From Lepidodermella squamata (taxonomy: Eukaryota > Animalia > Gastrotricha), in the NCBI GenBank assembly GCA_047495785.1, contig JBLDXI010000015.1, positions 2,418,001 through 2,482,000 of the forward strand: a stretch of 64,000 nucleotides of DNA. The letters are read 5' to 3'. Within the stretch, counting starts at the first letter, position 1, and each line of letters opens with the position of its first letter. A program made the position numbers and the translations under genes. Shown one piece after another: positions 12,451-24,072 of the stretch. The notes below the pieces were generated by a model, which was not told the origin of the DNA, did no database searches, and was given only the letters and a program-made list of their open reading frames with translations.

Positions 12451-13055
12451 TTTCTAGCAGATCATACAGGGTGTTGCATATATGTTTACGAGGGATCCAC
12501 AGAAGCCATAGCTCATTCGATAGATAATTGATTCACAATTCATTTGTTACCAAAAAAACATAAAAATGCGATTCATCCAGCTTAAAGTGTTTGCATTGTA
12601 GTGAAAACCACCTGAAAAATTAGATTCCCTTTTTCCACGACATGATGAAATTTTAAAAGCCTTCAGAGAGTGAAAGGATGGTTTGCGATGGCCCTATAGA
12701 CTTATCGCTGCCAGAAAGTCAGGACAAACATTTTTAACGCCATGTGTTGCTCAAATGGAACATCTTGTTCTCATTTTACTTAATATTTGGAAAAAGATTA
12801 GTCACGATTCCCGCTATATTGTCCGTTTTTTCCATATTTTAGTCCGTTGTTGTTGTTGCCGCGGCCCGACGGAAATCAAGCGCCGCACAGAAAATCGCCG
12901 TTGATAGCACTCAACTATTGCTTTCAAGGTCTCTAATTACGCAGTAGGCGACGGTTATTTTAGCAAATAGGAAGCGTATGGTGTCTGGTGTCTAGTCAGG
13001 TCTCGAATACCTACAGCTAGGTATCCCAGCAGTCAATTCCTGAAAACTCTGAAAT

Positions 13056-15533
13056 ATGCTGTTCTTTTTAACTTGTTTTCCTTTGTTAGCCATCGCAATC
13101 GAGCCTATTCCGCTAACTATCTTTGTAATTCATCCATTCACCGACAGCCCGCCGAGAAATGGCCGCTTTTGCAACGCAACAATGCAAATTGTTGTCGATG
13201 CTGTCAACAAAATGCCGGATTTTTTGCCAGGCTATCGCATCAATCTTGAACTGATGGACGAAGGAGCATCGGGAGACTTCGGTCCAGTTAGATTCATGAA
13301 CGCCATTCGCCGTTTTGAAGCAGATCCTCGTAATTTGGTTTCCCCAGTGGTCGTTGGCCCGTTCTACGGAGCTGGCTGCCTGAAGTTTTCCAGAATGCTA
13401 ACACAGTACAACATGATTCATGTCCCCCATTCTTGCTCAGAGCCAGCTATGACTGGGAACAGACGCCAGTTTCCCAACATCTTCAGGACCTTCATCCCTA
13501 CAGAAATGATATCTGTAGCTAGGATCAAATTCATTCGCGAAGTTGCAAAATGGTCGAAGGTCGCGGTTCTTGCTTCGAGCACCTCTTTCGATGCTACGAT
13601 ATCTATTGACTTCTATCGGAAAGCTTCTAAGGCCGGGGTGAAAGTAGTCTGGTTAGATTTTGTCGATGTTAGCATATATCCTATCGGTGATTCGTTCATT
13701 GCCGCGTTGAAGAAAAGCAACGCCCGGGTCATTGTTATTGGTACTAATAGCCCATCTGGAGCTTACAGATTTTTGTGCAGCCTTTACGAGTCAGGGATTA
13801 GAGGACAAAATTACGCCTTTGTGATGACGAGCCCAACAATCATGCAATTTACTCCGCAATCGATTCCGGCTGGTTGCACCAGGAAGGCCCTGTTAGAGCA
13901 AGTTAGATTAACAGTTTGGGCCGGCTATCCACAAGAATCCTCTGGCTACTACGGTAAATCAACGGGGATACGACTAGATTTGCCTGAATTTGAGAGTTTG
14001 TTGGACCAAAAAACCAACAATTCAAGGTTACCAGATTACGAGAGCCGCCATAGATACTACGACCAAATGCTCCAGGCAGTACTCATTCTTAATGGAACAA
14101 ATGAGTATTTACAGAGTATCGGGAAGTCCTTTCACGATTTTGCCAAGTCACCGGCAGATATTGTAGAAGTTACCAAATCTGTAGCTACGAATCTCAGTTT
14201 CGTCGGGCTGAGGGCAGGTTTCACTAAATACTCATCGCGTATTGAGCTTGATTACGAGACTCAATGGATATACCAATACGTCAATGATTCATTCAAAGCA
14301 ATAGCTAAAACAGTTTACAGCGGTAACGGAGATCCGAATGACTATTTGAATCATGGCCTTGCGTTCGTTTCTGAGGTCACCTGGCCAGGTGAACTTGGGA
14401 TCCCACCTCGAGATGCTCCGCGGTTCAATGAAGAAGTTACAGAAGTTCCATGGGCGTTACCGTTTACTGTCACAACTGCAACGGTGGTTTCAATCGCACA
14501 AATAATTCTTTGGTGTTCAGCTTATCTACTTCCAGGGAATGAAGAAATACGAGATAAGTTGAGATTTGGCATCACATCGCTGCAGCCGAGCAAGCTCGTA
14601 TTCCTCTTAGCGCTAATTTCCTTAAACATAGCCGCTGTCCTTTTTTCAGCAACAGGGACATTGCTTTCACCTGCTTTTTGTATAACGCAGAGAGTTCTGT
14701 TAACTTTTGGACTTTCACTTACAACTGGAGTTATTTTTGCTTTCGTCAGCTATTTCCGAAAAGAGTGTATAAGGCTGCATGCACGTAAAAGCAGTAGCAG
14801 AATTCGCAACCTTCAAGGTAGCACCACTTTCACCAATGAAAATCGGCGAACTGAAAATAGCGACAGAAGCGCTGTAACCCCGATAACAATGTTTCCTGGC
14901 AGAAAACCTCGCTTGACCAATGACGAATCCATACTGAAAGATCAGAGTTACATTCTGAGACGATCAGTTGGATTCTGTGCTGCAAATGGTGTCATATTGT
15001 TGGGTGTGATGGCGTCGGACAGCTATTCAGTTTCTGATGTTAAGGCGGACAAAGATCCCTATTACGACGCGGCGACAGATACTTACACAACGGTTTTGAT
15101 AAAGGCATGCAAGTCAGTAAATTCGAATGAAATCTACTGGGTTGCAACTATCGCGGCTGTGAATTTCTTCACTCAACTGTTCACTCTCCCGCGAGCTCAC
15201 GACTTGCAGCGTGAAGCAAATTTCGTGGCTCATAATTACTCCACTCCTGTCAGCGTGAAAAACTTCTTAAAAGAAGCCCGACTGTTGACACTATCAGCCC
15301 TGAATGTTGTAATCCTATCAATAGCTGGAGCTTCAGTTATTGCTGTTGTTTCGGAATCTCGGGACAGGCGAACGGTTTATGTTATACTACCCTTGCTGAT
15401 TTCTGCGTCAGCTCTATTGATTTCAGTCTCTACTAGCTGCATAATTTTCTGGATGCGTATCACTTTTTTTTCGTCTTACGTCAATGTAAAAGCAAACGTG
15501 ATGATGCGGGGCGTGAGACTCGATTCCTCATGA
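13056..15533 (+). CDS. GABA-B-like class C GPCR, copy B (825 aa, intronless)
   Basis: Signal peptide MLFFLTCFPLLAIA, Venus-flytrap-like domain, PPRD linker, 7TM. Close paralog of copy A. Confidence 0.9.
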   Translation: MLFFLTCFPLLAIAIEPIPLTIFVIHPFTDSPPRNGRFCNATMQIVVDAVNKMPDFLPGYRINLELMDEGASGDFGPVRFMNAIRRFEADPRNLVSPVVVGPFYGAGCLKFSRMLTQYNMIHVPHSCSEPAMTGNRRQFPNIFRTFIPTEMISVARIKFIREVAKWSKVAVLASSTSFDATISIDFYRKASKAGVKVVWLDFVDVSIYPIGDSFIAALKKSNARVIVIGTNSPSGAYRFLCSLYESGIRGQNYAFVMTSPTIMQFTPQSIPAGCTRKALLEQVRLTVWAGYPQESSGYYGKSTGIRLDLPEFESLLDQKTNNSRLPDYESRHRYYDQMLQAVLILNGTNEYLQSIGKSFHDFAKSPADIVEVTKSVATNLSFVGLRAGFTKYSSRIELDYETQWIYQYVNDSFKAIAKTVYSGNGDPNDYLNHGLAFVSEVTWPGELGIPPRDAPRFNEEVTEVPWALPFTVTTATVVSIAQIILWCSAYLLPGNEEIRDKLRFGITSLQPSKLVFLLALISLNIAAVLFSATGTLLSPAFCITQRVLLTFGLSLTTGVIFAFVSYFRKECIRLHARKSSSRIRNLQGSTTFTNENRRTENSDRSAVTPITMFPGRKPRLTNDESILKDQSYILRRSVGFCAANGVILLGVMASDSYSVSDVKADKDPYYDAATDTYTTVLIKACKSVNSNEIYWVATIAAVNFFTQLFTLPRAHDLQREANFVAHNYSTPVSVKNFLKEARLLTLSALNVVILSIAGASVIAVVSESRDRRTVYVILPLLISASALLISVSTSCIIFWMRITFFSSYVNVKANVMMRGVRLDSS

Positions 15534-15726
15534 TTTCCTGTCGAAAAGTGCTGGAAACATCGACCCCCCCCCCAATATATTAATAGCATACTTGAAATAA
15601 CTTCTCATATTCAAATGCCTGGAAGAGTTGTTGAATTAAACTGAAAAGGGGTGTTATTCGAAACATTTATTCCGAGTTATCCTTGCACGAATGGGTAGAA
15701 TCAGCACTCAATACTATTCTTTAAAC

Positions 15727-16131
15727 GGGTATACTCGACTTGCACAAAACGTTTTGCACAAAAAGTTTTGCACAAACAAAGTTGCACAAACTTTTTTGCA
15801 CAAAATCGATTTTTTTCATTCGTTCGAATCGTCGATGAATTCTAAGCATCGCTGATACTTTGATTCAAGTGACAGTGAATCGGAATAAAATTGCCTCCCG
15901 CATTGGTGAGAAAACGAGCCTTTAAACCGTCAAAGACAAGCAAATTTAACATAATATGCCGTGGAAATAAATGAGCACGCGCTCCTTCTTGTGTACAACC
16001 ATCCAAAACAAATGTATCAGCGATGCTTAGAATTCATCGACGATTCGAACGAATGAAAAAAATCGATTTTGTGCAAAAAAGTTTGTGCAACTTTGTTTGT
16101 GCAAAACTTTTTGTGCAAGTCGCGTATTCCC
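15727..16131. mobile_element. MITE with ~120-130-bp TIRs and 9-bp TSD (Mutator/foldback-like)
   Basis: Near-perfect TIRs with TTGCACAAA subrepeats. TSD TCTTTAAAC at 15718-15726 and 16132-16140. Empty site in the paralog at 2548-2556. Confidence 0.9.
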
Positions 16132-16317
16132 TCTTTAAACATTATAAAGAAAGTCAGACATTTTTTAATCGCAGTCCAGTATTAAACCGACAAGTCAAGC
16201 TTAGGAATTCGGCAATGGAAACACATGCATGTTAGATGTTAGATGTCTTTTCCAGTCAAATTTTGATTTTCGGAAGGCACAAAGTTGCGGTGATTATGTA
16301 CAACTTATATACGATAT

Positions 16318-17715
16318 TTATCGCTTGTAGCTGCGACGCTCTTTTCTATACCCCTTCATTTTAACAATAACATTCCCCCGTCCACGGTCGCCGAACGGTG
16401 TCCAGAAATCGACCCCAGTCGCTGCAGTAAATTGAGCAATTGTCGTCTCGTTAAAGCATCCATCGCTGTTATACCAATCAAGGAATCTGTCCATCATTCC
16501 ATACTCGACAGGTTTATACAATTGCCGATGGCCACCGCATTGTTCAGCCGGTAAGGCTGTGGCCACCTGCCGAGTTTCAGGGGCAGTTGGTTGAGCTGTT
16601 ACCACTTGACGGTTTTGCGGGGCAGGTGATAAGGCTGTTCCCACCGGCCGTGTTTCAGGAGCACTCGGTGGAGAAGACGGTGCCGGTGAATGATTACGCG
16701 CTGGTACTGGTGTTGGTACCCTTGAGACGGCGCATTGGAGAAGGCGTCTCAGGGCCACGAGAATAGACTCGTCTTCGCCGATATTTTCCACGGCTTTAGC
16801 GACCAGCGAGTCGAGGATAGCCTGTGTTGTAGGGCCGATTTCCAGCTTGATCTCCGATTTCTTCGCAATGGCCTCGTAGAGCTCTGCGTCCGTAGTAATT
16901 AAATCTGCCACCTTTTTGTTAACTCGAAGAGATATCGTAAAATCCGATTTGAGCTGTAAGCTTTCAGCGATGATTGCCTTCAGATGGTCAACTTTAAATG
17001 CCCCATCAGTTGATTGGTACACTATGGTCTTCTTCAAAGAACCACATCGGACGATGAATTTTACCATTTTCAGAAGCCTAAAAAACATAGGAATATCAAT
17101 ATTAAAGCTGAAATAGCAATAATTAATTGCTTTTTAAATTATCAAATTGGAGGAAAAGGACAATTAAAATAGATTTGTTTGCCTCGTTTTTGTCTCTAGG
17201 GGCTATCAATCGCGTTGATGTCTCCTATTTGAAGCTGGTATTTACGCCTTAGTATGATTAGCATTTGGAGAATTTTCAATATACTGACTTCTTAACACTT
17301 ACGAGAAGCAAGAAGCAGTTAGTACTACAGCTTCATTAGCTCCTTCTGCATTAAAGCCCGAGTTCACGATGCTGAACGGCGTAGAGCCCATTTTATGTAT
17401 TAAGGAACCTTGCTCTACCCCAGCGAAGCAGAGTTCGGAAATAGGAAAATATTTCCGAAAAAAATCATACTGAAATGTTGCTCGGGTTATTTTTGGACTT
17501 ATTAGGATTAATATATCAGGAATGTTACTTATTCCTATTGTTTATATTTTGGTGGCACGCCCCTATTTAACAAAACTGAAGGAATAAAATTTGGGCAGCA
17601 TAAAATTATAAAAAGAAGGCAGAGTCCAAATTACTTACGAGTTCTTGCTTTTGCTGTTCAGCTTGGTTTGAAGGCGAGCTTTGACAGGGCACCAGCAGTC
17701 AAACAATGCTTGCAT
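16318..17715 (-). CDS. PB1/ubiquitin-like + Pro-rich linker + Myb-like protein (exon1 17715-17639, exon2 17077-16318; 278 aa)
   Basis: Exon 1 MQALFDCWCPVKARLQTKLNSKSKNS splices in frame to LLKMVKFIVRCG. ITTDAELYEAI resembles the end of PB1 domains. C-terminal domain DFWTPFGDRGRGNVIVKMKGY. Confidence 0.78.
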
Positions 17716-18687
17716 TTTTAGCGATATTCAAAACTTGAAATTATTGTGACAATATATTCTAAAATAAAATAAATTGCAATGAAATTCGGCGCTAGGAATC
17801 GGTATTTTTTAAATTAATAAAGGGAATGAGAGAAACCCAAACGTCGTGCAACAAATGAATTAAATCATCGCGCGACATAATTTCCAATGCCGTGCTCTGT
17901 TTAATTTGCGCACACCTTCAAGTTTTGCGCGACGTGTGGCGCGATGTTGGAATTGATTTGAGCGACATCTGTCTAAGACTCATAATACAGTGAAAAGGCA
18001 CTCGTTGGCAATAAAACTAATATTTTTAAAACTTGAAGAGCAATAAAAATCTGGACGTCCACAAGGCTGTAAATCGCGGTGGCTTCTCGACTTGTTTAAA
18101 ACAAAATGATGAGTGCACGCGGTTCACTGTGCCTAATTTTAGTATGCCGTATAAACAAGTGATATGGAGTAAAATTTCCTTATTGCGCAATAAAAATGTG
18201 ATGTTACCTCTGAATTAACCGCGAAGCTAGAGGTCGATGTGAAATTCTTTGTCGCTGAGCGCCGAGCGTCGAGTTCCAAACATCGAGTCGACCTCGTTAC
18301 AGCGGCACAAAGGGACACAAAGACCTAGATCCATATCAGTATATGAGACGCGGTATAGGAAAGCCGACACTACCAGTCTTCGCCACCATTGTTCAGTAAA
18401 AAATAAGGGGTCGCTAAACAATGGACACATGGCAGCTAATTAATAAAAGAATTTGACTATTTTATATATTCTCAACATATTCTTGCATGATGAAATGGGC
18501 GCTTCTATTTCTCGAATGTGCCGATTTGGTGGCAGTGCCGAAATATTGAATTCAAATGAGTCAATAATCAGGTCAAAGGATGGGAATCTTTATCAGCACT
18601 TTTATTCATTGCTTTGCATTTCCAGGCAAAAACCAATAACACATAAGGAACAAAGCGACAAAAATGATCTATGAGTTAATATTAAGG

Positions 18688-19470
18688 TCATTTCAATTTA
18701 GCTTCGATAGCTTTCCATGGCTTCCGAGCATTGCGCTCCTTGAGGTAACTCCGCAATTTGGTTTTGACTGCCCCCGGTGTTCTGTCACCAAACGCGAGCC
18801 AAAAGTTGATATTATGAGTTGCAATAAAATTGTCTATATTATTGTCAGAGATCTGATCTGACATTTTTAGAGTGTCTAAAAATTCATCGAGCATGGCGAG
18901 TTCTATTTCGCTGTAGCCTTTCCCCTTACTGCCAAGTTGAGAGCGCCGCAACTCTGGCGGCACCTTGTCCTTATGCTGCCCGTTGTGGTTGTAGAAGGGC
19001 TGTAATAAAGCCCTTCGATCGGCAAGCATTTTAGAATGCTCGATTTCGGCGCGCTTCTCCGTCTTCTCCGGGGCCACTAATTCGGACTTGATCCCCGTTT
19101 TGGTCACCGAATTGTTGGCACGAGAGGGTCCGAATACCGGCATCACAGCATCAACGCGACGGCTTGTATATGGCATTATATTTTCTTCATTAATGCCGCT
19201 TCTACAGCCGAGCAGAGCTGCGTTTAGTGTTTGCTGTGCGGTAGGGCCGATCTCGATGTCAATGCTTGTTTCGCCTTGAATGACTTCGTTGAAAGTATCA
19301 TCATCACTGATCAGCAATTTCTCGCGTCCCCTTACAAGGAAAACCCCGAACGACCGGACACCCAATCGTGAGGATAAATCTTCCACCAAATCGTCAAAAT
19401 AGCGATGTTCCATTGTGCAAAACTTCACTTTCGACCGGAAGTCGCAGCATTTTACATTTAAAATAACCAT
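18688..19470 (-). CDS. PB1/ubiquitin-like + Myb-like protein, subfamily 2, copy B (260 aa)
   Basis: Paralog of 5901-6530 (KVKFCTMEHRYF; KGYSEIELAMLDEF...FWLAFGDRTPGAVKTKLRSYL). Confidence 0.78.
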   Translation of the reverse strand: MVILNVKCCDFRSKVKFCTMEHRYFDDLVEDLSSRLGVRSFGVFLVRGREKLLISDDDTFNEVIQGETSIDIEIGPTAQQTLNAALLGCRSGINEENIMPYTSRRVDAVMPVFGPSRANNSVTKTGIKSELVAPEKTEKRAEIEHSKMLADRRALLQPFYNHNGQHKDKVPPELRRSQLGSKGKGYSEIELAMLDEFLDTLKMSDQISDNNIDNFIATHNINFWLAFGDRTPGAVKTKLRSYLKERNARKPWKAIEAKLK

Positions 19471-20675
19471 TTTTCAGATAAAAGACCTATATAGATAAGG
19501 AGTCAACATTGCAAAACTAGCAAAATGCAAAATATCTGAGGTTATTTGAGAAATTGCTGCATAACTCAAGATGCAGATTTGGGGCTAGATAGACCAGCCT
19601 GTTGGTATACAACGATGCATAGGGATAGCGCAAAAAATGAAAGGTATTCATCCCAAAGCATGGGAAACAGTACAACACTAATACGAGAGATGCGCAGTCG
19701 AAAATGCGATTAGCTACCCATCCGCGCAATAACCTTCGATGATGATTTCGACCTGATAGCTGAGCTCTACTGTACTTTGTGCGAGAAAAGGAAAAACACT
19801 GTGGGGAGGGCAATAAAATCAAACCTCTAAACAGCTAATATCATGGAAGGGAAACAAGTATGGTTTATGATGGGTTCAAAGTTATAAATCACTTATACTT
19901 AGCATGCTTCATTGTTGTGAAAACAAAGCTTGACAAGTCGACGCGGTGAATAATTTTACTGTAGTATTTTCAAATACTGTACTTTAGCGTGGTCTGTCAA
20001 AATGTTATGTCATTCTTCCGGATGTATAACCGCAGTTATTCGGTGTTAGCTTGCAAAATTAAAACTAGGGCGATTCTGTTAATAATATGCTATCTGTCTA
20101 TTTTTTAACTTCTGCTGTCATTCTGGAGCCGTTCGTTATATATGATACTTGTTTCATAAATTAATGCAGATGAAAAAAAATAACCGATATTGATATCAGT
20201 ATTAGGCTGATTTTGAATTATGCAAATAGATGTTCCAGTGCTTTTGGGGCTTTTCAGAGGATGTTCATAGAGGATTCTTTACAGAAAAGCCACCCTCTGC
20301 AGTTGCAGGATTGACAAAATGGATGATTGAGAGTAGAACGCTGAGTAATAAATTGTGTATTAAACTGCACGTTAGCAAGACTTCTGAAGGCCTTGCCATG
20401 AGTCCAATTTCGATTTTCAAGTTGTACTACAAGTTTACTTGTCATAGTACATACATAGTAGTCGACTCCAAACAATATTATTGTTACCTGCTGGTGTGCC
20501 GTGAAAGTAAATTGCAATTTGTTCCGATTTATTTATTAATCCGAAAGCAACGAATATTCACCAGATAATCGTCAATAAAAGATTCAGACTATAGAATTAT
20601 GTTAAGGCACGTAAAAAGGAAGTAGGGCATCAATTTGTCTTCAATTTCATTGCTCTCGATTGGTTGGCTTGGCCA

Positions 20676-21068
20676 CTAAACCACCCACCAAAACAGCATA
20701 CCAGCAATATGAATCGGTCTCATACAAGCGCCAAACAAATTGTCCCATCGTTCCTCACGGCCTTGACAGACCCTCCAGGCTCTTAATAGTAAATATGCAT
20801 TCAAGTGGACAAGATATATTTAATATGGAGGGATTTTATTGTTGGTTGTATACTATAAAGGAGCACGCAAAATGAGATCTGAACGATGTAAACCAATTAC
20901 CAATAATGTTTCATCGTTCAGCTCTTTTTCGTTCATTCCTCTTCTCTGCTAACCTGCATTCGCAATGAGCCATCAGCTCTTGCTGTGGCAGACACTGAGC
21001 ATTTGGACACCAGAGTTCTTTGAAGTGGTTCACACTCACAATTTGAACCACAGGGTCGGAAATAGCAA
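20676..21068 (-). pseudogene. 8-Cys peptide pseudogene P6 (duplicate of P1)
   Basis: Near-identical core to P1. A ~100-bp deletion removes ATG and signal peptide, and a small deletion at ~20784 removes the exon-2 acceptor and first Cys codon. Confidence 0.8.
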
Positions 21069-22303
21069 ATAGCAGTAGCTTGAAATACCAGATACAGTAT
21101 TTACCCACTAAACTTTTGAATTAATTAAACATGTTTCAAGATTTATAGGCCAGGTTTTAAATATTCAAAACGACGGGTTTGATGAATCAATGTGACGCAT
21201 CAGCTACAAACAGCTATCGTCATCATTTGAAATTTCAATCGGCCGTATAGCGGTGCTAATTAAAAGTTTTTTTGCAGCCTGCTGAACATTAAAGGAAATT
21301 ACGGACTGTCGGGTTATTTTAGTGAGTGCATATCTATACGCCTTTTTCGGAAATTTAGCCAGCCCTATCTTATGTACTAAGCTCGAACTGTACTTCAATC
21401 AGGATAAAAATCCGTAAATGGATAAGGATAAGAGGCCAGGGAAATCCTGATTCTTCCTCGGCTTCATTTCTGCCCTCGTTTCCATCTTCCTTGTTCTACT
21501 TGAGCAATATCATTGGCTGGTTCCATGTTTTTCGAGTATAATTTCCTTAAATTCATCGGTTGGTAATGTAATGAAACCAAATCCAACATTGTTGGCTTCT
21601 GTAATATTTCGTCGATTTTTTAGCCGAAATCCACGGAAATCCCGCTTTCTTTCCGAAACTCGAAACTGTCATTTCAGTCACTTTTCTTATTAAAGCAGGA
21701 TTCAAAATTTATCGCGAAAACGTGCGCCGCGAAAACGGATAGCATTTTCGCGATCACGTATCACGCGAATCTGCATCACGGTCTTATTCCGGAAGGGAGT
21801 AAATTCGGACACCTTCGAATACCATTACCAGACAAAACCTGCAACTTCTGGACTTGACAGAATCAAGAAACCGAAGTTCCGAGCGTTTCACGCCAGACTT
21901 CGACAGCGCATTTAACTCTTACACCTCCCCTTTTGGAGACTTTCATTCTGAAGTTAAGGTGGTTCCGAGCAACAGTTTAACACTGAACGAATAGTGAGTA
22001 CTACCGGGTTTTTTAGTTGCTATATCTCGGAGGAGACTGGCAGGTAATTCGAGATTCATAACTTGAGCATTGTGTGATGACCACCCGAATTCAGTGCGTG
22101 TAAGGTATAATGAGCATTGGGCATTGAGCTGTTCGACAGTCATAATACGTCACAATAATTCACGCATGCCGTCTTCTTGAATATTTAACACCTGTCAGTT
22201 TGGAAATACGATAGCTTTTTGAATTAATTCCAATTTCACTTGTTCTACTGTTTTCTAATTTTCGCAGGCCATTTTATTAGCTGTCGTGGAAGTTCGAAAA
22301 CCA

Positions 22304-23018
22304 ATGGCCGATAACAGAGCTGTTTTAATTCGCGCACTCTTTGTTTCTTTGGTTTTATTCGTCGAAATTGCAATGACTTTTCCGACCATGTGGGAAATGG
22401 ATCCACTAAATGTTCTCGGAAATGTTCTCAAACACTCCGCGGGGTGGTAAATTCCTTTTTATTTTTGAGACGTCCCATTCGTTGAATGGATGGGCCGAAG
22501 CCATGGGTCCCGAATGAGCGCTCTTAGGGTCGCTTGTGGGGTCTCTTGAGGACAGCTCGGTAGCGATTAGTGCAGTCTCGCTGACACTCCTAATCTACCA
22601 CTTTTATTTTTGTAACACGATGGAGTGGTCGGCCACCGTCGGGGTAGAGCGTCATTGATAAACCACGGTCGACCCGGTTGGGGATCGAACTCGTGCCCAT
22701 CGATCTTGACGCGCAATACACAGCAGACAGCTATCCACTGAACTACTGTGTGCCCCAGCGGGGTGGAGTGCCACCCATTTCGAACGACTTTGGTGCCCAA
22801 ATGCACGGTGCCTGCAGTTTGCTGAAGAGCTGACCGCTAATTGTGAATGCAAGTTAGCAATAAAGCTACAACCACAATGTAGTGACAAATTTTGATTCAA
22901 AATTTGATATTATTTATTATGTAGGTGCAGGAGAAAAGCTTGTAGGAGCGAGGAGCGATGGGACGACACATTTTGCGCTTGTCTGAGGCCGTTACATATT
23001 TTATGGGCTGGGAGATGA
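22304..23018 (+). pseudogene. 8-Cys peptide gene P7 interrupted by a SINE (exon1 22304-22852, exon2 22925-23018)
   Basis: Removing the insert plus one TSD restores ...HSAGWSATHFERLWCPNARCLQFAEELTANCEC-K-CRRKACRSEERWDDTFCACLRPLHILWAGR*. Confidence 0.85.
22448..22757 (-). mobile_element. tRNA-derived SINE (~310 bp)
   Basis: Minus strand has A-box TAGTTCAGTGG, B-box GAGTTCGATCC and an A-rich 3' end. 9-bp TSD GCGGGGTGG at 22439-22447 and 22758-22766. Confidence 0.85.
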
Positions 23019-23682
23019 AAACAAGTCGGCAGTCAGGCCGAACTATTTCATCGAAGTTCAAAGTTCATCGAAAATGTCAAATCGAATAACTGAAGAAATT
23101 ACTGTGATCGTGGAACTCTCCCAGGTGACCTAGACATGGCGGACTACACGAAAACACTTAGGCCAGCGTTTCCCAAAACGTGTCCTATAAGCGGAAAGCG
23201 GAAAGCACCGTCTCCCATCCGATGGAGGTTTTCATAAAATATTTCATAAATAGGCAACTCGCGAGCGAAGCGAGCTTTAGCTGACGGCTGTCTTCCCTAG
23301 CCGCTTTCGTCTTGGCAACTTACCGTAGACACAAGCCATTCCTTTAACAGGGTTTCAAGGAACTGCGTGAAAAATCATAGGTTTCATTACAATTGTAACA
23401 GTCGTATATTTACTTTTCAGTTTAAATCTCCCGAAATAAAATTATAGAAATCATCGGATTAATAAATACTGTAAGGTGTGAATCTTGTCGTCATTTCGGA
23501 GCGCTGATTCCTACCACGTGGCAATTTATGAAAATCCTGGTTTTTTTATTGAACTTGCGACACCTCGACCGCATTTCTCAAAAGAGTTTCACAGCGCGCT
23601 GTCTCTCCTTTCTTAAAAACCTCGACCTTCAGTGGTTTTTCTTGAGTTTTGATCATTGCAATGAAGAGCTGAAAAATCACAT

Positions 23683-23860
23683 TGGCGGAAAGAATTGGAG
23701 GCGGAAAACGTGCATAGCCGAACTGCCTCAGTTGGCGAAACTCATCTTGATAGCGGAAGTGTGTCATAGCGGAAATTATATGGCGGAACTCATATTATTG
23801 CGGGAAACGCAATAGCGGAAATAGCTGTCAGCGGACAAAAATGTAGCGGAAAGAATTGCC
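23683..23860 (+). repeat. Degenerate GCGGAA-core short-period repeats (probable MITE arm remnant)
   Basis: About ten GCGGAA/GCCGAA/GCGAAA cores spaced 14-19 nt apart; absent from the paralogous 10880 region. Confidence 0.55.
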
Positions 23861-24072
23861 GTAGTTACTGATATATAAGCCTCCTCCCCCTCGTTTAGAA
23901 GCCTTTCACATGGAACTTGAAAAGCGGAAAAGTAGCCAAACCGTTTGATGCGGATCACTACTGGTGACCAATTTCTTGCAATGCAATATATATGCGTTGG
24001 TAACTATGTGATGGTGTACATAATTGTCTATTATTTCGTTACGGTCGATATATTTTGGCCTGGCCGCTAACT

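Noticed and set aside
13056-15533. Gene symbol GABBR1/GABBR2
   Set aside because: The architecture is GABA-B-like, but ligand motifs and the C-terminal coiled coil are absent, so orthology is unsupported.
15740-15805. CRISPR-like spaced repeats (also 23683-23860 and 9480-9770)
   Set aside because: Repeats are short and degenerate, lie within transposon arms, have no unique ~30-nt spacers or cas genes, and the context is eukaryotic.
22668-22757. Functional tRNA gene
   Set aside because: A and B boxes are present, but there is no convincing cloverleaf, and the sequence is the head of a TSD-flanked SINE.
22444-22758. SINE spliced out as a new intron to rescue P7
   Set aside because: The available GT donors (22444, 22447) with the AG at 22757-22758 leave +4 or +7 nt, both out of frame.
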